Assembly: GCF_006345805.1 (NCBI RefSeq) | Contig: NC_042999.1 | Span: 20,522,001-20,586,000, forward strand | Direction of reading: 5' to 3' | Origin: Octopus sinensis | Taxonomy: Eukaryota | Length of the DNA: 64,000 nt | Shown: positions 13,007-25,395 of the stretch, one piece after another | Layout: every line of letters starts with the position of its first letter | Numbering within the stretch: position 1 is the first letter of the stretch | Made by a program: the position numbers and the translations under genes | Notes under the pieces: model-generated | Databases searched by the model: none | What the model was told of the DNA's origin: nothing | What the model saw: only the letters and a program-made list of their open reading frames with translations

Positions 13007-13209
13007 ACCTATCCATTCTTGTTGCTTCTTTCTCGCTTATAATCACCCCACATTACTGTATTGTTAAAACAGTATAGTTTTTTTTGGTGCATCTAAGTTA
13101 GGTACCTTATTCAAGTAAATTCATTTAAATTAACTTGAATCTTTATTGCTTTTTGAATATATTCCCATACAGTCTGTATGTTTTTCTGGTACTTAATTTC
13201 TCAACAAGA

Positions 13210-14200
13210 ATGGAAAAGTAAACATTGAGTTCTCCCCTAAAGACATCCCCTTACATAGTATAGATGAATATAATTGGCTTCTCATTCATAGGATTAACGA
13301 TTTCATTAGAAGAATCAGGTGGAAAACGTACCATTTTGATGTCAAACAAGAAGAAACCACAGGATAAGAACACCGAAAAGAATTTTAGAAGAATTTTTAA
13401 AAGTAGAAAAAGCCCACCTCAGAACCCATTCCTGGAGAATTTGAGAAAGACTTGCTGAATCTTATAGATGATATTAGCTTCAAGGAACACCCGTTAAGAT
13501 ATAACCCTCACCTTAGACACCTTAGGAACTTATTCAGTCAACCCCCGTGCAAACATGGAATCCTAGTACCAGCAGATAAAACGGGTAATATGTATAGAGT
13601 TGATTACGATATTTATAGCAAATTAATTAGGAAGGAACTAAACTCCAATATAAAATTACGACTAAGAACAATTTGAAAAAAGTAAACATGGAAATGAAAG
13701 AGATCATGGAGAAACTAAATTTAACGGATAGAACGGAGCCACTTAAACCGTGTGAGCCCAGGATCAACCTTAAAGACCACAAAAAGAACTTCTTGGAAAC
13801 CCTTCGGTAAGGCTGATCTGTCCAACTAAGTCGGACATTGGCCGACTTAGTAAATCTATCCTGGATAGTGTTCTACCCCAGATAACCCCTCTTCCCCTTA
13901 AACCTATGGCTAAGTACGGATGAAGTTCTAAAATGGTTTAACTCTCTAACTAATACTAGTAGTCTGTCCTTTATTCAGTTCGATATTAATAGTTATTACT
14001 CAAGTATTTCCCCTATCTTACTCAACAAATCACTAATATTTGCCATGAATCGCTCCCTCATATCTAGAGAAAAATCAATATTGTGCTACTAGCTAGGAAG
14101 ACATTTATAGAATTTGAAGATAAATTATGGACTAGAGCAGATACACCTAATTTTTTTGATATACCAATGGGCTCCAGTGATTCGGCTGAGGTAACCAACC
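13210..14200 (+). pseudogene. Second, 3'-truncated copy of the PLE ORF (N-terminus to the PMG..SAEV RT motif)
   Basis: Near-identical to 8623-9620, differing mostly by 1-nt indels. Confidence 0.9.
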
Positions 14201-14418
14201 TTGTTAAAACAATATAGTTTTTTTTGGTGCATCTAAGTTAGGTACCTTATTCAAGTAAATTCATTTAAATTAACTTGAATCTTTATTGCTTTTTGTATAT
14301 ACATATATATATATAATTATTTACGTATCTATGCATGTATGTACGTATGTATGTATGCATATATATTTCGTTTCTGGATTTGGTTTGCAAGATTCTTTAT
14401 ATGAGTTCGTGTGTTGAA

Positions 14419-14616
14419 GCATATTCTGTTGTTTCTAGGGAGAGTCATTCTCTTTTGCTGCCTTATAATTAATCACAGGTAGTCAAAACTATTGAAAAGG
14501 CTCATGACGCAGCGAACATTTTAGAAAAACATAAAAAGTGGAAATTTTACCGGTGAGTGTGTTAAATTATAAGGCACCAAAAGAGAATGACTCTCCCCAG
14601 ACACAACAGAATATGC
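14419..14616. repeat. 52-bp inverted repeat with ~94 nt spacer
   Basis: 14419-14470 versus the reverse complement of 14565-14616, 49/52 identical. Confidence 0.85.
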
Positions 14617-14628
14617 ATACATATATAT

Positions 14629-14790
14629 AGAAGTGGTTGTGTGGTAAGTAACTTGATTACCATCCACATGGTTCCGGGATCAGTCTCACTGCATGCCACC
14701 TGGGGCAAGTGTCCTCCATTATAGCCTCGGGCCGACCAGAGCATTGTGAGTAGATTTGATAGGCGGAATCTGAATGAAGCCTGTTGTGTA
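14629..14790 (+). mobile_element. SINE family A, 5' half running into a microsatellite
   Basis: Head and body homologous to 1286-1455. Confidence 0.75.
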
Positions 14791-15035
14791 TATATATTTC
14801 TGTGTATATGTATGTATATGTATACACCACACACACACATATATATATATATACATATATATATATATGTATATATGTATATATATATATATATGTATAT
14901 TTATGTATGTATGTATGCATATATGTGTGTATATACATATATATATGTATATATATATATATATATATAGGCATTTATATAAATATATATATATGTATGT
15001 ATGTATATATGTGTATATATATATTTTTTTAAATA

Positions 15036-18000
15036 TAGTTTCAGCTCACAAGCTGTGGCCATGCTGGGGCACCGCCATTTGGTGTTCCTACATGATTATA
15101 CTTCACAAATGCTTTTTAGCAACTGCCATTTGGTGCATGTGAGAGTTCGATGCAGTTGCCCTCATCTGCACCTCCTGCCGTGAAGTTGGTTCATCTGGGA
15201 CACCTGACAAGAAGAGACCCAGTTTTATTTTAAAGACATCTGCATCCACCCCATGCAGGTCCCTCAGTTTCTTCGGGAGGATATTGAAGAGCTGTGGGCC
15301 TCGGAAGCCCAGGCTATCACAGTATCTCGTCCTACATCTTGATGGCAAATTTGGAGTCCTTGGCACTATGCAGTGGAGCCCAGTTCTGGCATTTGTGTAA
15401 CTCTCGATGCCAAAGTTTGGGACAAGGCCTTCTAGGATCTTCTAGATGTATATTATGGCATATCTTTCTCGCCTATGCTCTAAGGAATAGGGTCTTAATA
15501 TCTTGAGTCTGTCCCAGTAGCTTATATGCTGCACAGAGGCTATCTTCTTCGTGTAGCTTCGTTGGATCGCCTCAAGTTCTGTGATCAACTTGACACTGGA
15601 TGCTGACCATAGCTGAGAGCAATAGTCAAAGTGGCTTAGGACAAGTGTCCTCCAGAAGACCATCATGGTTTCCTGGTCTCTTATTCTAAAGATTCTAAGA
15701 ATCCATCCGGTCAGCCGCCTACATTTCATTGCCAATTTAGCAACATGCACATGAAAGGTTGCATCATCACTCATGTAAATACCCAGACCTCGCACTGATT
15801 GTGCCTCTGGGATTGCAATCCCTCCGGGTCCAGTGTATTCATTGGGTATTTCATTTAGTTTTGTATGCTGATAGCATAAAACTTGAAACTTTTCAGCATT
15901 GAACTGCATGCTATTCTATTCAGCCCACTAGGATATTTTGTCTAACTCACATTGCAGGTGCTTAGTGTCTTCAGGGTTCTGTATTGCCTGTGAAACTTTT
16001 GTATCATCTGCATAACTTGTGATCGTGGCTCTCTGCTTGGCTGAGGGCATGTCTGAGAGGGCCATTATGAACAGTAGTGGTCCCAAAACAGTGCCCTGCA
16101 GAACACCGCTCACTATTTGCGTGTTAATGGAAGTGGCCCCGCCCCATTGGCTACTCTCACCTGACTTCTATCCTTCAGAAAGTCATGAAGCCATTCTCCC
16201 AATTTTACAACTATGCCAAGATCACGCAGTTTGTGACATATCATTCCATGATCGACTTTATCAAAGGCCTTTGCAAAGTCGAGATATATCACTTCCACAT
16301 TTGAGTGGTTGAGCAGTCGTTTCAGCACCCAGTCGTAGTGTTGTAGGAGTTGAGTTAAGCAGCTTCTTCCTGGTCGGAAACCATGTTGGGTGTCAGGCAG
16401 CAAGTCATTTTCTTCAAGGAAGCTGATTAGTTTCCTTCTGACTATTCGTTCCATGACCTTGCTGATGTGTGAGGTCAGAGAGATAGGTCTGTAGTTCTTA
16501 GCCTCCGCGCTGCTACCTCCTTTATGAATAGGGCATATTTTACCTTCCTTCAGTTTTCTTGGAAGTTTGCCAGTTGCAACGAAGCTCTGAAAGAGGAACT
16601 GCAGTGGTCTTGCTAGGACTCTCTTACATAATTTTGGAAGGATTGCTGGGAAACCATCGGGGCTGGTAGCTGAGTTTGTTTTCATTTCATCTATAGCCTT
16701 TATTACATCGTCTTCCTTTATATTGATGTAATCACTCATCGCTGCCTCTGAATTTATATCTGCAGTGGTAAAGAAGTCAGTTGGATTGCTGACGTGCAAA
16801 TGCCCAAGGGGTGGAGGGAAAATACTCTTGAATTGCTCATTTAGTATTTCACTTATCTTCATTGGATTTCCTGTGAGTGTGCCATCCTTTTCAAGGAGTG
16901 AACCGATCCAACAGTGCACCGTAGCTGTTTCTTTGGCATACTTGTAGAAAGCTCTGAGGTTAGATTTTATGTTGTCTATAGCCCAGGCTTCTTTGTCTGC
17001 TCTTTCTTTTTCATGGGAGAGTTGCAGACATTTTTCAATTTCCAATAGTTTTATTTTCAGGCGGGACTTTTCACTGCTTTCTATTTGTTTGTTTAGGCGA
17101 TTTGAAAACATTGTACGCCGTCTCTTTAGAAATTTGCTCTCCCTGTGGATTTTGTTCTTGTGTATAGTGGCCTTTCTCTCTGGGACACATTTGTAGCATA
17201 TGGCTTGCATTACAGATATGAACTGTTGAAGTTTCATGTCGATGTCTGGCGAGGAGAGACATTCAGGCCAGTTTTGTTTGAGGATCTCTTTCTCAATTTG
17301 TTTCCAGTTTGCCTTATGGAAGTTCAAGCTGGAAAGGTTCTGAGAGATTCTTGTAGGCTGCATGTCCATGCTTTCCTTTGGCCCGTACATGGTCACCTCT
17401 ACCATGTTGTGATCCGAGAGTAGTGTCGGTGTCACTTTCACATTATGGATGAGATCCATATTATTTGTGAAGCAGAGATCCAGTATGTTACCTGCCCTGG
17501 TTGGTTGGAGTATTACTTGCTCCATGTACAGAGTGTTGATGAGGTGCAGAAGGGACCTCGCCTGTCCTCATTCACATCGTGTCATTCCTGAGAGAGAAAG
17601 GCCCTCGGGCCTTCTGACATTGGGTAGATTGAAGTCTCCCATAAGAAGTACACTTATGCGTACTTCTTATGTGACTAGAACTTCTATTTTCATAAGGCAG
17701 TCTTCAAACTTGCCTACATGGCTTCGGGCATTTGGGGAGGGGTGATATGTAGCACATATAACTACATCAAGTTGCCTTATATGTACAATTAGTGTGTCAC
17801 ACACAAAATTTGAGTATAACAAAAGGGCCTGGAGTGTGAGGTCTTCGCGGATGTACATAGCGACTCCTCCAATACTCCTTTCTTTTCTGTCGGTCCGTAG
17901 TACAACATACTGTGGTATGTGTATTTCCGCATCTGCTATGTCCGGTTTTAGGTGTGTTTGCAGGTAACAAAGTCTCTCAAGAACGGGATTTTTGTCCTGT

Positions 18001-18265
18001 TACTGAGTGTTAGCAGTCTTCTGATGTTCAGTAGGAGCATCGAGGTGATGTGTATGCTGTTGCCAGTAGTGTCCACCTTGGGTCTATTTGCTGTGGCGGT
18101 CTTGTGTATTGTGGATAGTTCCATCTGCGAGATCGAGTTTGATGGAGCCAGGTTAGCTGCTGTACAATCTTTTGTGCCATGCACAAAAAAGATTCTTGTT
18201 CAGCAGCCGCCCTTTCATTAACATGTTGGCGGTTTGTAGCACGCACCACATCTGCGTACCTCTGA
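15036..18265 (-). mobile_element. CR1-group LINE, 5'-truncated in ORF1, complete 3' end
   Basis: APE and RT domains on the minus strand. The short 3' UTR ends ...CAGCTTGTGAGCTGAAACTA. Flanked by TA microsatellites. Confidence 0.88.
15103..18045 (-). pseudogene. LINE ORF2 (APE endonuclease + RT), disrupted by stops and frameshifts
   Basis: GDFNLP, PTR..NILDL, SDH; YRPISLTS, QHGFRPGRSC, YLDFAKAFDKVDH, SGVLQGTVLGP, YADD, FNAEK, LEAIQR, SLEHRR, LFNILP..PDEP. Confidence 0.9.
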
Positions 18266-18281
18266 ATGTATATATATATGC

Positions 18282-18382
<101 letters not shown>

Positions 18383-18386
18383 ATAT

Positions 18387-18651
18387 AAATTCAGCAAAAA
18401 TTTAGATTCAAATGAATATGGTACGTAATTTAGATGCAGGAGAATTCTGTACGGTGTTATCCATGAAAATCCGTGGGGGTGATTATAATCAAAATAAGCA
18501 ACAAGGATGACCCCGGTAATTTGGTACGATCGTTTCGTACTACATCATTTTATTAAATGTTGTAAGTATTACAACAGTTTTAAAATGCAGAATACTCATC
18601 AGCCAATTATAGAGGTTTTCCATTAATACAAAAGTGTTCATATCAAGTGGC

Positions 18652-18655
<4 letters not shown>
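18387..18655 (-). mobile_element. Diverged relative of the PLE family-1 pLTR 3' end
   Basis: Collinear blocks with 38420-38645 (TGGTAC.TAA.TTAGATGCA, GGGGTGATTATAA, GTACGATCGTTTC, TACTCATCAG). TA repeats on both sides. Confidence 0.75.
18521..18606 (-). ncRNA. Type I hammerhead ribozyme
   Basis: Reverse complement: ttgg-CTGATGA-gtattctgcat...atgtagtac-GAAAC-gatc-GTA-ccaa. Stem I covaries with family 1 (ttag/ctaa versus ttgg/ccaa). Confidence 0.82.
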
Positions 18656-18687
<32 letters not shown>

Positions 18688-19069
18688 GCCGTCTACCACG
18701 AGAACCAAAGTTTTTTTCTTCTTTAAGTATAAATCTGAAATCTGAATCAATGGAGAGGAGCTCCAATTAGATGAAATCACCAAGTGGTATAAATGAGGAA
18801 GTCTCCGATATCCAAATAGCGACCGGCCTCAGGAGAAAGGCAGCCAGGGGCCTGCTCTCTTTGGAATGTAAGTAGTTATAGACTGAAACACTTGCCTGAA
18901 GAGGATTTCTCCTATGAAGATCTGCTGTTCATCTCCCTTTTTTTTACAATATATGTATATGTGTGTATATGTGCGTATGTGTGTGTCTGTGTCTGTGTTC
19001 CCGTCATAATCCATCACTCAAACATATATATATACATACATATATATACACATGCACACATACACGCAA

Positions 19070-19192
<123 letters not shown>

Positions 19193-20518
19193 ATAATAAG
19201 GGTAAAAATCGTTTTATAGTTGTCAGACCATATGGTTTCCACTCCTAGTATAATGGATATCTTCTTAGTGGTCATCCCTCTTTTATGTATATATGTATTT
19301 ATATATATTCTTTTAACTTAGTCGTAGATATATAATGCAAAGCCAATAATTAGAAGTCAATATACGGCAGATTACGTCACAGTAAACTATCGAGTCGGTA
19401 TAGAGCTTACGCTGGATCAATGAAGAACAAAAGAACAGGAAATGTTTATGCGCTTCATAGCTTAAAGTTGTTTCTATTGTAAGTAAGCGTACAGGTAGAA
19501 GTGAATGCTCATGTGACATCTTTTAACTTCCTCGGAGTCACCTACAAGAAGTGTTTCTTTATCGCGGAAAATCATTTCAATACTAGTCGGGTAAATGTAG
19601 ACATACAATATCTTCTACAGTCCATCTCTGTATCGAAGTTTTCCACTTGGCCTATTAGTTTTCTGGTGTTGATTAAATCAGTACCAGTAACATACTGGTT
19701 TCTTTATATTAGTGCTTTCTCACGTAGCCAAATGGAGGCTGTCTCTGTCTATGCAAGAAAATCTAAATAATCTAAAATATAATGATTGCGATAGCTTGCA
19801 TTTTTCTTTATATTTGTGTTTTATATTCTAAACATAATAGGTGAATAGAGTGAAAAATAAAGTATTCATGGAAAATGAATGTAATATCTCTTCATATAAT
19901 TGCTTTTGTCATGAATGTGATTTACTAGATTTTGGAAGAAATTCGACTACTGAAACCCAAATGGAAAACAACACAAAACAAATTAAAACAAAACGCCAAT
20001 ATTCCAAGAATATATTTCTTATTGCCCATTCTACAATGAAGAAATTAAACATTGCAATAATTAGCTAATAAAAATTTATTAGCAGCAATATTGGACTTTT
20101 CATTACCTCCGTGTTTACCAGAACACTGAATAATTATTGATAAACCAAAATACATTTTTATACAACTCATTTCTTCCTTATCTTCCATTATCTTTAATTG
20201 GCAGCCTTTAATGGCAATTTTTAATGAAGAAATTAGCGATATTTTTGGAGAGGAACTGACAGAATAATGATATCATTAGATTAAGCCAAAATGCCAATTT
20301 TACTTAGGGGAATAGCTATCTTTTCAGATACATGTTCCAATATCATATGTGTACTGTCCTCCTTAATATTTTCCTGTAATCTATAACTAATTATTTACAC
20401 GTATATTGGAAAAACTATTTACTAATAAGAAATAGTTCAAATAAAATATACAAAAATATATGGTTAACCCAAAGCTAGTTTCAGATTTTCAATAGAATTA
20501 ATGGGAAACCTGGTATAT

Positions 20519-20720
20519 TAAGGCGGTGAGATAGCAAAATAGCACACCGGGTAAAAAATATCCTAGCAGTGTTTCATCCGACGACTTTCAGAGTTCTAAT
20601 TTCGCCGTGGTCCACTTTGCCTTACATCCTTTTGGCGGTCGATAAAATAAGTACCAATTGATCACTGTTGTTCAAGTAGTCGACCTATCCCCTACTGGAA
20701 ATTACTGGTCTTGTACTAAA
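20519..20720 (+). mobile_element. Old, diverged SINE family B copy
   Basis: Degenerate GGCGGTGAG head and TTTGCCTTACATCC..GTCGATAAAATAAGTACC body. Confidence 0.6.
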
Positions 20721-20727
20721 CCTTTGT

Positions 20728-21130
20728 AGATGCTGGTATGGCCGTGTGGTAACTTTATTCCGAAACAACTTAGTTCCGCGTTCAGTCCCACTGCATGGCG
20801 CCTTGGACAAGTGTCTTATGCTGTAACCTCAGGTTCATAAAAGACATATGAGGTGGATTTGGTAGATGGAAACTGAAAGAAGCCCGCCTCATACATATGT
20901 GTGTGTGCATCTGTGTGTTTGCATGTCCTATTTATGTGTGTCACCCAGCACCGTCTGACAACCAGAGTTGGCTTATTTATATTCCTGTAACTTAGCGCTT
21001 CGACAAAAGAGGCTGATTAAAAACGTACCCAAGTCCAATAAAATAAGTCTTGGGATGAATGTGTTACTTTAAATAATTCAATGTGACTCTCCATGATAGC
21101 CGTAATGCAGTGGTTGAAACAAGTACAAGT
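20728..21130 (+). mobile_element. Old, diverged SINE family A copy
   Basis: Degenerate but collinear with family A. Confidence 0.65.
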
Positions 21131-21139
21131 TTTTAAATA

Positions 21140-22012
21140 CTTGGTCTGATCAATAACTATCTGGACTGTTTCCATAGTAACGAAGCTACAGCATGCAGAG
21201 TAAAGCCGCTGGGCACAGATTGACCTTAAGTACGTGTATGTACACTAAGTTTTAATGTTCTAGCCCATTCCTGCTGTTTACATCAGTGCTTGGAAGGAAA
21301 GTGTGTCGCGTGTGTTCATCGCATTGACCATGACAGAGAAAGCTGATAAGAGAATCATCAAATTTTGCCCAAATCTTGGCGATACCTGCTCAGAGGCCTA
21401 CGCAAGGTTTTCATCATTCTCGACGCAATCAAGGAGATCTTGTGTAACTGAAACCCAAGTGTCTTTTTGGTCAGCTGAAAACAGTTTTGCCACAAACCTT
21501 GTAGACACGCGTCTCATATCCAAATATTCAGAGGTAATGGACTGAACTGAACCGAAAGTAATCTACACATCCTCTGATAACTCATAGATGGCGATTCGTC
21601 GACTTCCACTCACAGCTGCACGCACATTTGCGAAGCTTTATCTCAGTTCTGCTGGTTGCGGGTCTCCAATAACATTCGTCAATAGCGACATTTTTCGGCC
21701 ATCTTGGAAACGTCTGAATCACTCGTACACTTGTGAGCGGCTCATACACTCCTCTCCATACACTTACTGTAACTTCGCGTTGGCCTCTGAGCAGGTATCA
21801 CCATGACAACTTTGTCATGGTCAATGCAACGATCACACGCTACACACCTTCCTTCCAAACACAGCTGTAAACAGCGGAAGTGATCTAGAACATTAAACCT
21901 CGGTGAGCATACTCAACAGAGCTTAAGGTTCATTTGTCCCAAGCGGCTTTACTCTGCGGGCTTTAGCTTCGTTACTATGGCAACAATCCCGATACTTATT
22001 GATCAGATCTCA
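21140..22012. mobile_element. Mariner fold-back derivative built from two left ends, flanked by TA
   Basis: 21140-21410 (+) and 21411-22012 (-) both begin with the same TIR. The minus part encodes a degenerate transposase N-terminus (..FRRFQDGR..RR.AI.ELSEDV..MRRVSTRFVAKL.S.DQK). Confidence 0.75.
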
Positions 22013-23156
22013 TAAGATTGGTTTGAATCGTCCAATGATGGTACCGTTTCACCGTCACTCTAGTTCTATTAAACTACAAAATCATCCTTAAATCTACGAT
22101 ACGCTTATTAAAAGTTTGACACCTCGAATGAATTTATGCTCGAAATAAAAAAAATAACGGATGAATTTATCGACATAATACATGGTTTTACCTTTAAGTC
22201 TAGTTGACAATGGCTGATTTGGTGCTAAACAACGAGTCTGTGAGATAAATGATATTTTGTTATTAAAATGACAGACTCTTTCTTAGTGGATTTATAGCTT
22301 TATAGCGACAATCTCTTGTAAAGCGCTGTTCTATACTTTATTTCGTAACGACTTGGTCGTGATGCAGACGCGATTATCCAACAGTACTGGACAGGAATTA
22401 ATTTTCACTAATCAATCATCGATTAGGGCTGAACATATTTTATGCGTTCCCTAATCAGTTGTGATTGATTTCCACTCCGTTTGTTAACGAAAGAATAGTC
22501 CATCTAGCAAACATTCCTACGCGAATCCTTCAGCTTTTATCGATAAAAGTATATTTTAACTGTTATATCACACACCAGTGTTGTTTTTGTGAAATCTTCA
22601 GCCTCAACACTATTGTTTTATTTGAATTATTCGGAGAAAAGAGGGAGCGAAGAGGGCAGGAAAAGCGTTGGAGGAAGAGAGAGAGAGAGAGAAATAGATT
22701 TGAGTACACGTGAACCACACGCGTAAATTTATTTATATATACACAGAGGTACATATATACGAGTTCGTGTATAGATAGCTTGATATATATATATATATAT
22801 ATATAGATAGATGATACATGCATACACACTGATAAACACACACACACACATACATACACACACACATATGAATACATATATTCTCGTAACGGCACATATT
22901 GCATACATCACATAAGCGTGCAAACACACATACACACAAGTATATACACACATATGTATTTACACATATATAAATGTTTGCATATATAAATCTTTGCACG
23001 CTGTTATTAGCTGACTTCGGTCCTTATAATCTCCATTTCTCAAAACTGAACTGGAAATTGCGTGTCTATAACAGGTGTGCCACTCACACCTTCCTCGATA
23101 AACCTCTACTGGAACGTTTGAAATATATATATATATATTTACACACACACACACAC

Positions 23157-23198
<42 letters not shown>

Positions 23199-23209
<11 letters not shown>

Positions 23210-23372
23210 TTAGAGACAATGCCACTATTTTGTATTGGATTAAGTCTTTCTTTGTTTGATTTGCAACATAGTGGTTTTGTCTCTAATTAATATTATATAA
23301 TATTTTACTATAAAATTGGATTCAATCCTAAATCTGATTTTTCCCTGTAAATTTGGATTTATTCCCTAATAT

Positions 23373-23390
<18 letters not shown>
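23199..23390 (+). mobile_element. PLE-like family-2 3' end with a short inverted arm
   Basis: 23250-23390 matches the reverse complement of 6912-7060. 23199-23233 is an inverted copy of the internal segment. TA repeats on both sides. Confidence 0.7.
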
Positions 23391-23439
<49 letters not shown>

Positions 23440-23467
23440 CTCTTTGTATTTGTGCATGTTTATATCT

Positions 23468-23700
23468 GTTTCTTTATTACCCACAAGGGGCTAAACATAG
23501 AGAGGGCAAACAAAGACAGTCAAACGGATTAAGTCGATTACATCGACCCCAGTGCGTAACTGGTACTTAATTTATCGACCCCGAAAGGATGAAAGGCAAA
23601 GTTGACCTCGGCGGAATTTGAACTCAGAACGTAACGGCAGACGAAATACGGCTACGCATTTCGCCCGACGTGCTTAACGATTCTGCCAGCTCGCCGCCTT
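23468..23700 (-). mobile_element. SINE family B copy
   Basis: Reverse complement of the family B head and body. Confidence 0.85.
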
Positions 23701-24344
23701 AATGTTTATATCTGCATTGTGGTACTGTGTGTTACTCCTTAGAGAGGATCTAATATATATTGCTTTCGTTGTTGCTGTTATTGTTTACAGCACCTTCGTT
23801 TTTAATGTGTGGGCATCGGTTACTTCGGAGGAATTTGATGTCAACACTATACAGTAATCAATTAAAGTGTATCCTTGCTACAAACAGTTTTTCACATATG
23901 CATCTGTCCATATTGTATAATTTTCTACAAGATGACGTTCGGTACTTCTGCTGTTTCGATAGTTCCTAATACCACCTCAAGATCAGATCAAGTATTATAC
24001 TTTAATCTACTTGTGATTCTGTTGTCTTTGTGTCTCAAGGGTGTCTATTGTTATGACGATACTTTTGTTTCTCTTCCTTGAATCACTACGTATTTCGCTT
24101 GAAAAATTCAATGAAATGTTCTTGACCAGAGCAGGGACAGGGCTTCATTCACCAAATATTGATGTTGTTCTTTGTTTTTGTTTCTTCTGTTCTTTCGGTT
24201 TTCTATAAAAGTAAGGTATAAAATTAACGAATCAGATAACATATTTGGTTGCAATATTCCATATTAGATATTACTTATTTGAAGGGATAAAGTATTTCGT
24301 TCTGAAACTATAATAAACTACAAAGTATGTTAAACATTTTTATA

Positions 24345-24742
24345 AGGGCGTAGAGGTGGCTTTGTGGTAAGTAGCTTATTACCAACCACATGGTTCCGGG
24401 TTCATTCCCACTGAGTGGCATCTTGGGCAAGTGTCTTCTACTGTAGCCCGAGGCCTTGTGAGTGGATTTTGTTGACGGAAACTGAAAGAAGCCCGTAGTA
24501 TATATGTATATAGGTTTGTGTGTGTATGTTTGTGTGTGTCTGTGTTTATACCCCAACCAACATCTCTTGACAACTGATGCCGGTGTCTTTACGTCCCCGT
24601 AACTTAGCTGTTCGGGAAAAGAGAACAATAGAATATGTACAAGGCTTACAAAGAATAAGTCCTGGGATCGATTTGCTTGACTAAAGGTGGTGCTCCAGCA
24701 TGTCCACATTCAAATGACTGAAACAAGTAAAAGTGTAAAAGA
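24345..24742 (+). mobile_element. SINE family A copy
   Basis: Collinear with 1286-1776. Confidence 0.85.
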
Positions 24743-25395
24743 CTAAGTCTATGCTCTTTTCTGCTGCGTTAGTAGTGCTATTGAATTGAACCACTTGTTA
24801 AGGTTATCTATGCAGATTTTCCATAGAAATCATAGCCAGCAATGATTTTCTTACGAAGTCTCGTAACTTTAATTAGTGATCCATATTAGATGTACAAGAA
24901 GAATGCCGGCGAGTTTTAGTATCAGATTACTCAGTGTCAGTTCGTTGCTTCAAATCCCTCGTAGCGTTTGGTTGCACTGTGTAGCATACTTTCCACTACA
25001 TTTACTTAATTCTCCGAACTACCAGGAACAGCAAATAACTGTTAAACTTAGCACAATTAATGACGTCAAACAGCAATTGTATGTACAAATAATGGAACCT
25101 GTCTCTTTTATCTCAATTACATTAATGATAACATAATATACTGCCTTGACTGATTAAATCTACTACACTGAATAAAAAATACATATTGTATATTATGAAG
25201 GGTTTATATATAAATCTTGTACATAAATCCCACTTCTCACAGATAACATTAATTTTTAACGGCGGTGCATCAGCATGGCCACAGCTCTGCGCTAAAACTT
25301 TAATTAAAAAAATTAATATAAATCTTCAACTGTGAATAAAAGAGACATATTGAATATTATGAAGGGTTTATTATGTGAAAATCCTTCATAAAATA

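Larger units (their letters stand above)
7381..14294 (+). mobile_element. Penelope-like retroelement (Neptune-like): inverted pLTR + full unit + partial tandem unit
   Basis: 7381-7992 is the reverse complement of 12423-13043. A 4583-bp unit repeats from 7993 to 12576. The second unit breaks at 14200 and jumps to a terminal piece at 14201-14294. RT and GIY-YIG motifs lie inside. Confidence 0.92.

Noticed and set aside
18686-18915. PSGINEE-like peptide and CTGAAGA-GGA-TTTC-TCC as a PLE tail plus hammerhead
   Set aside because: No GAAA after the stem and the protein similarity is too short. Kept only as a possibility.
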